Part shown: in pieces, positions 17,194 to 25,925 of the stretch
Layout: every line of letters starts with the position of its first letter
Position numbering within the stretch: the first letter of the stretch is position 1
Program-made: the position numbers and the translations under genes
The notes under the pieces: model-generated
The model's input: only the letters and a program-made list of their open reading frames with translations
What the model was told of the DNA's origin: nothing
Databases searched by the model: none
DNA from: Candidatus Nanobsidianus stetteri
GTDB taxonomy: Archaea; Nanobdellota; Nanobdellia; Nanobdellales; Nanobdellaceae
Assembly: GCA_000387965.1 (NCBI GenBank)
Contig: APJZ01000002.1
Span: 30,001 to 62,000, forward strand
Direction of reading: 5' to 3'
Length of the DNA: 32,000 nt

Positions 17194-17196
17194 AAA

Positions 17197-17427
17197 GTGG
17201 CCGTAGGAAGGTCTGCTTACCGATAAGCCACCGAGGAATCGGAGGGGGAAACCCCTGGCTACATAATAAGAAATCACGGACATATATCCTATGAAGATGA
17301 AGGGTTAATACCTGGAGGTAACTCCGGGTAAACTCGGAGAGGATATATGCACCTTGAGAAGTATGTCCTGGCGGTACAAGGCTTGTCCGCTTAGAAAAAT
17401 ATATACTAAAAGCAGCCTACGGCCACA
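17197..17427 (+). ncRNA. rnpB: RNase P RNA candidate (compact, ~231 nt)
   Basis: It is a GC-rich island in AT-rich spacer. The termini pair: GUGGCCGU(AGG) with (CCU)ACGGCCAC. There is a CR-I-like GUAGGAAGGUCUGC and a CR-V-like ACUAAAAGCAGCCUA, which can form a P4-like helix with a bulged U. Other elements are GGGGGAAACCCC, GCUACAUAAUAAGAAAUCAC, GGGUAAACUCGGAG and a GGAG-GUAA-CUCC tetraloop hairpin. Confidence 0.65.
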
Positions 17428-19134
17428 CTAATAGCTTTTTCCTATATATACATAATATTTTGCATCTTCATTACAAAATATACATTTTTTATTTTTTCCA
17501 TCTTCAGGTATAATATCAGTTCCCCTTACATCTAATGAATATCTTTCTTTAATGTTCTTTGCACATTCTTCTCTCATGCAGAATGGTACTTTAAATGCTA
17601 TATTTTTATCCAAATTATTTTCTAGATCTTTTAAATTATCTACTTTTAATATTTTATTTTCAAAATATTTTTTTGCCCTCTCTTTTAGATCTTTATCATA
17701 TTCAATAATTAATTTATTTAATTCATTTAATAAATTTTCCAATTTTACTTCGTAATTTTTTGCTTTATTATTATATTGCCTTACAGATATTGTAACTGTA
17801 TTATTTTCCAATTCTCTTTTACCAATAGATATTCTAAATGGGACTCCCAATAATTCATATTGGTTAAATTTCCATCCAGGGCTTTTTGTATCATCTTTAT
17901 CAACTCTTACCCTATATTTTTCCTTTAATAAATTATATACATTCTCACAATATTCTAATATTTTGTTTTTTTCATCTTCAGAATAATATATTGGGATAAT
18001 TATTATTTGAATTTTGGATATTTCAAAAGGTAATATTAGACCTTTATTATCTCCATGTATTGAAATTACTGCACTCAATGTTCTCATAGATATTCCAAAA
18101 GATGTCTGCCATACGAATTTTTTATTAATTAATTTATTTTCATTAAATTTATTTTTAATTATATCATTTATTTTATTTATTAAATCTTTATTATCTTCAG
18201 ATATCTCTCCAGTAAATTTTATATTTTCTTCATATGATTTAATTAATTCTTTATTATTATATAACCTTATTTTTATTTTATTTTCAACAATTTCTATTTC
18301 ATATCTATAATTATCTTCATTAAATGCCTCAAATTTATTTTTATCTATTTTTATAAAAGGATGTTCATCTTCAAAAATAATATTAAATGCTTTGGAAAAA
18401 TTTCTTCCTAATAAATGGGTAGTTCCAATTTGCAAAAATTTCCCATCTGGTAATATAGTATCTGCAGCTAATGTATAATCTGCTCCGGCAAATTTATCCC
18501 AATTAGGTCTCCTTATCCATATATGTGGTAATGATAAATGATCCCAAAAAACTTTTGAATAAATTTCTATAGATTTTTTTATCATCCTTTCAGCATCATC
18601 TAAATCTTTATGTACAGTATGAGCTTCATTCCATAAAATCTCTCTTCCTCTAATTAATGGTTTTGTTGCTTTTGTTTCATATCTATATACGGTATTTGTC
18701 ATATAAGTTAACAAAGGCAAGTCTCTATAAGATCTTATCCATAAAGAAAACATATAATACATTTCAGTTTCAGATGTAGGTCTTAATATATATTTTATAT
18801 CTTTTTCTTCTTCTATTGGTTTTGATGGAGTAACATAAAATACTTCGGATTCAAAACCCTTTATATGTTCGCTCTCCCTTTTAAATATCTCATAAGGAAT
18901 TAATATTGGAAACCAGTATGGCTCAAACCCATTTTTTTCTAATTCATCTTCTAAAATGTTCAATATTTTTCTAATTGTGAAATATCCATTTGGATAATAA
19001 ACAGGCATTCCTTTTATAGGATATCTATCATCAATAATCTCAGAAATTCTTACTATATTGTTATACCATTCAGAAAAATTGGAATTCTTATCTAAATTAC
19101 TTTCTCTCATAGTAGAAGAGATCTGATGATACAT
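17428..19134 (-). CDS. proS: Prolyl-tRNA synthetase (archaeal/eukaryal type) with a ~80-aa internal insertion
   Basis: FSEWYNNIV, ILRPTSETEMY, YRYETKATKPLIRGREILWNEAHT, LQIGTTHLLGRNFSKAF and VWQTSFGISMR. The C-terminal Zn domain is CMREEC..CIFCNE, ending in the conserved terminal Tyr. Confidence 0.92.
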   Translation of the reverse strand: MYHQISSTMRESNLDKNSNFSEWYNNIVRISEIIDDRYPIKGMPVYYPNGYFTIRKILNILEDELEKNGFEPYWFPILIPYEIFKRESEHIKGFESEVFYVTPSKPIEEEKDIKYILRPTSETEMYYMFSLWIRSYRDLPLLTYMTNTVYRYETKATKPLIRGREILWNEAHTVHKDLDDAERMIKKSIEIYSKVFWDHLSLPHIWIRRPNWDKFAGADYTLAADTILPDGKFLQIGTTHLLGRNFSKAFNIIFEDEHPFIKIDKNKFEAFNEDNYRYEIEIVENKIKIRLYNNKELIKSYEENIKFTGEISEDNKDLINKINDIIKNKFNENKLINKKFVWQTSFGISMRTLSAVISIHGDNKGLILPFEISKIQIIIIPIYYSEDEKNKILEYCENVYNLLKEKYRVRVDKDDTKSPGWKFNQYELLGVPFRISIGKRELENNTVTISVRQYNNKAKNYEVKLENLLNELNKLIIEYDKDLKERAKKYFENKILKVDNLKDLENNLDKNIAFKVPFCMREECAKNIKERYSLDVRGTDIIPEDGKNKKCIFCNEDAKYYVYIGKSY

Positions 19135-19171
19135 TTTTAAATATTATATCATTTAATATTATCTATATGAT

Positions 19172-19194
19172 CTTCTCTACCTAGGGTAGAGAAG
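19172..19194 (+). repeat. Perfect 10-bp inverted repeat (CTTCTCTACC-tag-GGTAGAGAAG) in the 23S upstream leader
   Basis: Read directly from the sequence. It lies ~22 nt upstream of the start of the 23S processing helix. Confidence 0.7.
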
Positions 19195-19227
19195 TGAGCC
19201 TGATGATTAAGATGAGGGGGATGAGAG

Positions 19228-22173
19228 GGAATATATAGTCTCAGGAACCCGCCCGGTGGATGCCTGGGCTCGGAAGCCGAAGAAGGGCGTGGCAAGCTGC
19301 GAAAAGCTGGAGGGAGGTGCATGCAACCGTTGATCTCCAGATTCCCGAATGGGATATCCTGCCAAAAGGCATCCCGTAAGGGAGGGGAACGCGGGGAAGG
19401 GAAACATCTTAGTACCCGCAGGAATAAAAAACAATTTGTGATTTCCTGAGTAGGGGCGACCGAAAGGGAAGGAGCCCAAACTGAATCCTCTAAAGTAATT
19501 TAGAGGAGATGTGGGGTAAAGGAACGGGAGCTTCCCGTTATTATATCCTCAGAACTCCGGTGAAAGTCCGGGGCCATAGAGGGTGACAGCCCCGTATGGG
19601 GATATAATAGTGGGATTTCCCGTTTCCGGAGTACCGGCGGTTGGATTTCCGTCGGGAATTTGGGGGAAACTAGCCCCCAAGGCTAAATACTCTCCGAGTC
19701 CGATAGCGTATCAGTAGGGCGACCGAAAGGTGAAAAGAACCCTTGGCAGGGGGTGAAAAGAGCCTGAAACCGGGCGGGGATTGTCTGGTAGGGCTAGTTA
19801 AGCACCTTATCTGGGAAAATCTGGTGACAGATGAGTACCAGATAGGGTGCTAGCTAGTTCTACCGTGAGTTTTGAAGAACTTGCGGGGGAGTATACCCGA
19901 GTGGCGAGGTTAAGGTTTATACCGAAGCCATAGGGAAACCGAAAGCCCGTAACCTGGTTTCCAGGTGAGGGGCACCGTCCCATAAGGGCGGTTTAGTCAC
20001 TCGGGTATGACCGGAAGCCGGGCGATCTACCCCGGGGCAGGGCGAAGCGGGGTTTCCCGTGGAGGCCCGAAGAGGTGGGGCTTATCTCTCTCATGACCTC
20101 GGGGTAGAGGTGAAAAGCCACTCGGGCCCGGTTATAGCCGGTCCCCGCCGAAACTGACCCCAGCCAGGTCTCGGGTTGGGATCCCTATGGTGTAGAGATA
20201 CGGATTCTGTACGGGTTTCCGTACGGAGTCCAACTCCGAAGCCATAGGGTCCGTAGCCCGGGAAACGGGGATTGCGGGAAAGCCGCAATTCCGAGACGGG
20301 AACAACCGAGACCGAGGTTAAGGCCCCAAAGTGCTGGCTGAACGATTTTGAAGGAGTCTGTCCCCTAAGACATCGGGGATGTGGGCCTAATAGTGGCTAT
20401 CATCTAAGGAGTGTGTAACAACTCACCCGACGAGGGGATAGGCTCCGAAAACGGACGGGTCTAAGCCAGCCGCCGAGACCTCGGTCCGCTGGCATTGCCA
20501 GCGTGAGGTAGGCGGGCGTCCCGATGGCCTAGAAGGGTTCCTGAAAGGGAGCCTGGAGCCGTCGGGAATGAAGATCCCCGCGGTAGTAAGAATCAGACGG
20601 GTGAGAATCCCGTCGGCCGAAGGGGGAAAGGTTTCCCAGGCAATGAAAATCAGCCTGGGGTTAGTCGATCCTAATTCAGGCTCCGAGTGGAGTCTGGAGA
20701 AAGGGAAAGGGGTTAATATTCCCCTACCGCTCCGATAGATGCGGTAACGCAACATCCTTTCCCGACCCGGAAGGCTAGGCATACACGGGGGTGGGGTAAA
20801 ACTCACTTACCGTGCTAAGGGGGATAGGACCGGGGAGTGCCGTCATGGCGAGAACCGGTCTAAACCCTAATGGGCCCGAAAGGGTTATGCCGAGGCCTTC
20901 CGGCAATGAAAAGGGAAAGGATGCGATTCGGAGCGATCGTACCGAAATCCAGAATAGGTCCCCTGGGTGAGCAGCCTAAGGCCGTGGGGGTCAAGCCGGT
21001 CCAGGGAACTTGGCAAATTGGTCCCGTAACTTCGGGAGAAGGGATGCCTGCGGTGTAGACCGCAGGTCGCAGTGACAAGGGCGGGCGGACTGTTTATCAA
21101 AAACATAGCTCCCAGCAAGCCCGAAAGGGTTTGTACTGGGGGTGACGTCTGCTCAGCACCGGTATCTGAATCCCCCGTTCAAGGGGGGTAAGGACCGGTA
21201 AACGGCGGGGGTAACTCTGACCCTCTTAAGGTAGCGTAATGCCTTGCCAGTTAAATGCTGGCTCTGCGAACGACGTAACTAGCCCGCCACTGTCCCGGGC
21301 CGGCGCCCCCTGAAAAGCTATCCTGGTGAGAAGGCCAGGGACTTCCGATGGGTAAAAAAGACCCCGTGAAGCTTAACCGCAGCCTGTTGTTGCTCTGAAG
21401 AACCTGGTGTGTAGGGTAGCGGGGAGCAATGAATTCCTGCCGCTAGGTAGGAAGGATGCGACGATGAAACACCCGCCTCCAGGTTCTTCAGGGCTAACCC
21501 GAAAGGGGACAGCGGCAGGTGGGCGGTTTGGCTGGGGCGGCACCTTGCCGAAAAGGTATCGGCAGGGTCCATAAGGTCAGCTCAGGCGGGTCAGGAATCC
21601 GCCGTAGAGGACAAGGCCAAAAGCTGGCCTGACTGTGCCCTGACCATCAAGGGGCACAGGGGGGAAACCCGGGCCTAGCGAACCCCGTACTCTCACTAGT
21701 GGGGGTACGGGCTGGCGGAAAAGCTACTCCGGGGGTAACAGCGCCGTCGCGGGCGAGAGCCCCCATTGACCCCGCGGTTTGCGACATCGATGTCGTCTCT
21801 CCCCATCCTGGTGGTGCAGAAGCCGCCAAGGGTGGGGGTGTCCACCCATTAAAGGGGATCGTGAGATGGGTTCAGAACGCCGCGAGGCAGTTCGGTTATA
21901 ACTGTCGGAAGTGCTGGCTGCCTGAGGGGAAGGTCCGCCTAGTACGAAAGGAACGGCGGGCCGGGGCCTCTGGTATACGGGCTGTCCGAGAAGGGCATGC
22001 CCGGTAGCTACGCCCTAGGGGATAAGCCCTGAAAGCATCTAAGGGTGAAGCCCCCCTCAAAAATAGGCAGCCGTTAAGGGGTCGGATAAAAGATCCGACT
22101 CAGAGCGGCGGTGTAAGCTCCGAAAAGGAGTTCAGCCGACCGCTTGAAGTTCCCGTGAGACTATATATTCCCT
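19228..22173 (+). rRNA. rrl: 23S (large-subunit) rRNA, not linked to the 16S gene
   Basis: GGUGGAUGCCUGGGCUCGGAAGCCGAAGAAGGGCGUGGCAAGCUGCGAAAAGC lies near the 5' end. Internal landmarks include GACCCUCUUAAGGUAGCGUAAUGCCUUGCC, AAGACCCCGUGAAGCUU and GGGAUAACAG-like/GUUCAGAACG regions. The terminal helix pairs 19226-19249 with 22149-22174. Confidence 0.97.
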
Positions 22174-22187
22174 CGACCCCAAAAATT

Positions 22188-23681
22188 TTATTCAATATTA
22201 TAATATCTCAAAATATTTTCTTTATTATAATAATACATTTGTATAATTTTACTGAATGTTTGAAAATCTGAAATATTTAATTCAGATAATCTATATAATA
22301 ATTTTACTCTTCTAATATATTCTTCATACAATTCTTTGTATCTTATTCCATAATCATTTTCAATTAATCTAAATAAATATTTTTTAGGATTTTCTAAGTA
22401 TTCTCTTTTAAAAGGATTCCATTTATATGCAATATTAAATCTATTATATTTTATAATTTCATTAATTTCTTTAATTCTCCTCAAATTTGTTCCAAGAAAA
22501 TTATCATGTTGCATTATTACGACAATGTTTAATAATTCAATTAGTGATGGAGATAAATTTATTGGTGGTGTTGTTAATCTACTTATTAGAGCTTTTGTAC
22601 TTTCAGCATGCATTGTTGATAAAGATGAATGACCCGATGCCATTCCCTGAAACATTACATATGCCTCCTCTCCTCTTACTTCTCCTACAATTACATAATC
22701 TGGCCTTTGTCTAAAAGACATCCTCAATAATTCAAACATATCAATTTCTCTATTTTTATCAGAAGAATATTTTACTACAGAAGGAATCCAGTTTGGATGA
22801 TATAACCTTATTTCTCTTGTATCTTCAATCGAAACAATTCTAGCATTTGGTGGTATAAACATGGATATTGCATTTAGCATTGTTGTTTTTCCAGAAGCTG
22901 TACCTCCAATTATAATTATATTTTTTCTAAATTCTACTGCTAACCATAAATATGCAAATATTTCCGGAGTTGCACTTCCCAATCTTATTAATTCTATTGG
23001 AGTCCATGGAATTTCCCTAAACTTTCTTATTGTAAATGTTGGACCATGTGTAGTAATTTCTTGCGAATATGTTGCATTTACTCTTGATCCATCTGGTAAT
23101 GTTGCATCTAAAATTGGTTCTGCATAAGATATATGTTTCCCAGCCCTCAATGCAAATTTTTCAATTAAATCTCTAATTTCTTTATCATTTAAGATTATAT
23201 TTGTCCTTAAATTTCCGAAATATCTATGAACAACAAATATCGGATAACCTGGACCTGAACATTCAATATCCTCAATCAATGGATCTCTTAATAAAGAATC
23301 TACCTTATTATACCCATAAAGATCCCTAAAAATATAATAAAATATTTTTTCATAAGAGGATTGTCCCAATTGTATTCCTAAATCATTTAGTACAAAATCG
23401 TATAATCTTTGTAAATAACTTATAGCATCATTTAAATTATTAATTTCGGATAATTTAATATATAATAATTTTTCAATATAAAAAATTATATTTTTATATA
23501 TTTTTTCTTCATTTTCAGTTAATTTTGGCTCTATTATTTCGTAAACAAGATCATATGTACTTCTATCAAAATATATATGTGCATAGGAAAAAGGTTCCAC
23601 AATTGGGTAAGTTATATTTGTTTCAAATTTATTTTTAGGTACATTTATTTTTATATCATTAATAAATTTAATGTTTATCAT
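22188..23681 (-). CDS. Type IV filament (archaellum/pilus) assembly ATPase, FlaI(ArlI)/PilB/VirB11 superfamily
   Basis: Walker A is IIIGGTASGKTTMLNA, the Asp box is ARIVSIEDTREI, Walker B is RQRPDYVIVGEVRGEEA and the His box is ASGHSSLSTMHAES. The length of 497 aa is typical of archaeal FlaI-like ATPases. Confidence 0.88.
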   Translation of the reverse strand: MINIKFINDIKINVPKNKFETNITYPIVEPFSYAHIYFDRSTYDLVYEIIEPKLTENEEKIYKNIIFYIEKLLYIKLSEINNLNDAISYLQRLYDFVLNDLGIQLGQSSYEKIFYYIFRDLYGYNKVDSLLRDPLIEDIECSGPGYPIFVVHRYFGNLRTNIILNDKEIRDLIEKFALRAGKHISYAEPILDATLPDGSRVNATYSQEITTHGPTFTIRKFREIPWTPIELIRLGSATPEIFAYLWLAVEFRKNIIIIGGTASGKTTMLNAISMFIPPNARIVSIEDTREIRLYHPNWIPSVVKYSSDKNREIDMFELLRMSFRQRPDYVIVGEVRGEEAYVMFQGMASGHSSLSTMHAESTKALISRLTTPPINLSPSLIELLNIVVIMQHDNFLGTNLRRIKEINEIIKYNRFNIAYKWNPFKREYLENPKKYLFRLIENDYGIRYKELYEEYIRRVKLLYRLSELNISDFQTFSKIIQMYYYNKENILRYYNIE

Positions 23682-23689
23682 GATAAAGA

Positions 23690-23713
23690 TTAATATACTC
23701 CAGAATATATAAA
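23690..23713. promoter_or_regulatory. Pair of opposed TATA-like boxes in the 41-bp divergent spacer (TTAATATA on + at 23690-23697; TTTATATA on - at 23706-23713)
   Basis: Each box is centred ~28-30 nt upstream of the start codon it faces (23723 and 23681). Confidence 0.35.
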
Positions 23714-23722
23714 CTATTCATA

Positions 23723-25102
23723 ATGATTAATAAGAATGTTCTAATAAACCTGGAAAGGGATATAGAGGAAATAGAAAGATATATTGATAAATTAAAAAAT
23801 ATTTTAAAGGAAATAAAGAGAAAGGAGGAAATGAAGAAATATTTTCAAAAATTATATTTGAATGGATATTTTGATGAAAAAGAATATAAAAGAAGGTTAA
23901 CAATAATTGAAAAGAAAATAAAATATTTAGAGAAATCTAAATACTTAATATTATATGATTTAATTAATTTAATAAATAATAGTCAAAAAATAATAGAATT
24001 TTTAAAGAATATAGAAGAAAAAAGCGAAGAAGAGAATAAAAATATACAATATTATCAAATGAAGATAAATGATACAATAAATTATATTAGTAAAGTTTAT
24101 CCAGAAATATTTAAGAAAGAAGAAATAAAGATTGGTAAGAGATTTATTGAAGCATCAAACATATTATTTAGAAAGAAGGAAGAAAAAAAGAAGAAAATAA
24201 AATTTAAATTAAAGTTAACTGAAGAACGTAAAATAAATTATTATCAAGAGATTAAAAATATATTAATAAGATTTTCATATAAAATATTTGGGGGAATATC
24301 TAGAAGAATCTTAAATAGTAGTCCAAAATTATATTTCTATTTAAAATACTCATTAAAAGAAGCATATTATAATATAGAACCTGATGAATTATTATCTATT
24401 ATGTTTTTATTTTCATCAATTATTATTCTTACTTCAACATTTATCTCATTGTACCTTCTAAATATTTTCTATTTAGTTTATGGTTTAGTAGGATTTTTAT
24501 CTGTAGTAGGATTACTTGTCTTATATTTCAATTATAAAAAACAGAGCATAGTAGAAGATATAAATAGAAATTTACCATTTGCTATAATACATATGGCATC
24601 ATTAGCAGATGCTGGGATAGAAGTAAAGTATATAATAAAAATAATAAGTGAAACTGAGGAATATGGATATTTATCAAAAGAATTTAAAAAAATATATGAT
24701 AAAATAAACTTGGGAGAAGGATTGGTGGAATCATTAAGATCCGTTGCGGATGATACATTATCAAAAGATCTAAAAGATTTTTTAGAGGAATTAATATTAA
24801 CAATTACCTCTGGAAGAAAGATATCCGAATTCCTAATATTATACTCTCAGCAGGAAATGATTAGATATAATACATTTTTAAAGAAAGTTAATCAGGTAAT
24901 GAAGACATTTTCAGATTTATATGTTGGTATGGTATTAACAATTCCAATGATAATAATATCGGTTGGAGTAATGTTATTATCAATATTACAACAAACATAC
25001 AATATAAATATTCAAGGATTATTAGAGATAATTACATATATAGGATTACCTGCTATTAATATTGGCTTTATAATATTGTTTGATAAATTAACAAAAGAAT
25101 GA
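23723..25102 (+). CDS. Type IV filament platform protein, first half (single T2SS-F/FlaJ-type domain), preceded by a ~190-aa K/E-rich coiled-coil extension
   Basis: Residues ~200-459 read LKEAYYNIEPDELLSIMFLFSSIIIL (TMs) then LPFAIIHMASLADAGIE...LSKEFKKIYDKINLGEGLVESLRSVA...DFLEELILTITSGRKISEFL plus terminal TMs, which is FlaJ/TadB-like. The N-terminus is heptad-like (EEIERYIDKLKNILKEIKRKEE...). Confidence 0.75.
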   Translation: MINKNVLINLERDIEEIERYIDKLKNILKEIKRKEEMKKYFQKLYLNGYFDEKEYKRRLTIIEKKIKYLEKSKYLILYDLINLINNSQKIIEFLKNIEEKSEEENKNIQYYQMKINDTINYISKVYPEIFKKEEIKIGKRFIEASNILFRKKEEKKKKIKFKLKLTEERKINYYQEIKNILIRFSYKIFGGISRRILNSSPKLYFYLKYSLKEAYYNIEPDELLSIMFLFSSIIILTSTFISLYLLNIFYLVYGLVGFLSVVGLLVLYFNYKKQSIVEDINRNLPFAIIHMASLADAGIEVKYIIKIISETEEYGYLSKEFKKIYDKINLGEGLVESLRSVADDTLSKDLKDFLEELILTITSGRKISEFLILYSQQEMIRYNTFLKKVNQVMKTFSDLYVGMVLTIPMIIISVGVMLLSILQQTYNINIQGLLEIITYIGLPAINIGFIILFDKLTKE

Positions 25103-25923
25103 AGGAAGAAATAATTGATATATTTATTATTATAGTTCTTATATTTTTATTTTATTTTGTATTTAATTTTAGTATTTTAAATTCAATTGTAACTGGGATA
25201 ATAGTTGGTATATTTCCATATTTAATCTATCAAACAATTATTAATAATATAGAAAAAGAAAAAGAAGAACAATTTATTAGATTTTCAATTGATTTAATTG
25301 GATTATTAAAATCGGGATTATCATTACCAATTGCACTAAAACAATTGGAAAAAAATGATTATGGGAGAATTAATGAACTAGTAAAAAATCTATCTTCAAG
25401 AATTGATTGGGGTGTTAGTATTGAAGATTCATTTACAGAATTTGCAGAGGAAAGTAATAGTAGAATGATTAAGAGGACTATACAATCTTTAATAGATATA
25501 TACAAGGAAGGAGGAAATCTTGAACAAGGATTGGAAGCAATTATAAATAGTATAATGGAAATTAGAAAAATAAAAGAAGATAAAAAGGCAGCAATACATG
25601 AAAACATAATTCATTCTTATATTGTATTTGCTTTTTTCTTAGGTATAGTATTTACATTTCAAATATTTTTATTACCATTTTTACAAATTTCATTACCTGG
25701 ACAAGCTTCAAATGTTAATTTTAATTTTATTAATAATTTAATGTATTATATGTCAATAATTCAAGCAGTTTTTGCTGGATTATCAATGGGAAAGATGTAT
25801 GATGATTCATATAAAGCTGGTGCAAAGTATGTAGCAATATTTCTATTTATGGTTATAATATTATTTAATGTTATAATACCAATTGTTCCAAAAGGTATGT
25901 TTTTAATAAATATAAATATGTAA
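25099..25923 (+). CDS. Type IV filament platform protein, second half (single T2SS-F/FlaJ-type domain)
   Basis: N-terminal TMs, then FIRFSIDLIGLLKSGLSLPIALKQLEKNDYG..LSSRIDWGVSIEDSFTEFAEES..MIKRTIQSLIDIYKEGGNL, then three TMs. There is an ATGA overlap with the previous gene. Confidence 0.75.
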   Translation: MKEEIIDIFIIIVLIFLFYFVFNFSILNSIVTGIIVGIFPYLIYQTIINNIEKEKEEQFIRFSIDLIGLLKSGLSLPIALKQLEKNDYGRINELVKNLSSRIDWGVSIEDSFTEFAEESNSRMIKRTIQSLIDIYKEGGNLEQGLEAIINSIMEIRKIKEDKKAAIHENIIHSYIVFAFFLGIVFTFQIFLLPFLQISLPGQASNVNFNFINNLMYYMSIIQAVFAGLSMGKMYDDSYKAGAKYVAIFLFMVIILFNVIIPIVPKGMFLININM

Positions 25924-25925
25924 AA

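Noticed and set aside
17197-17427. Alternative reading of the structured RNA as SRP (7S) RNA
   Set aside because: I could not find the helix-8 signature (GGAA tetraloop context with ...GGAAGCAGC... in the middle of the molecule). Its only AGCAG lies in the terminal helix. At 231 nt it is short for archaeal SRP RNA (~300 nt). The CR-I/CR-V-like strings fit RNase P better. A covariance-model search is still needed.
19207-22007. ORF-track entries inside the GC-rich block (19207-19479, 20091-20288, 20423-20806, 20860-21118, 21318-21572, 21647-21829, 21699-22007)
   Set aside because: They lie inside the 23S rRNA gene. Long stop-free frames are expected in GC-rich rRNA, and the Pro/Gly/Arg-rich translations have no protein-like features.
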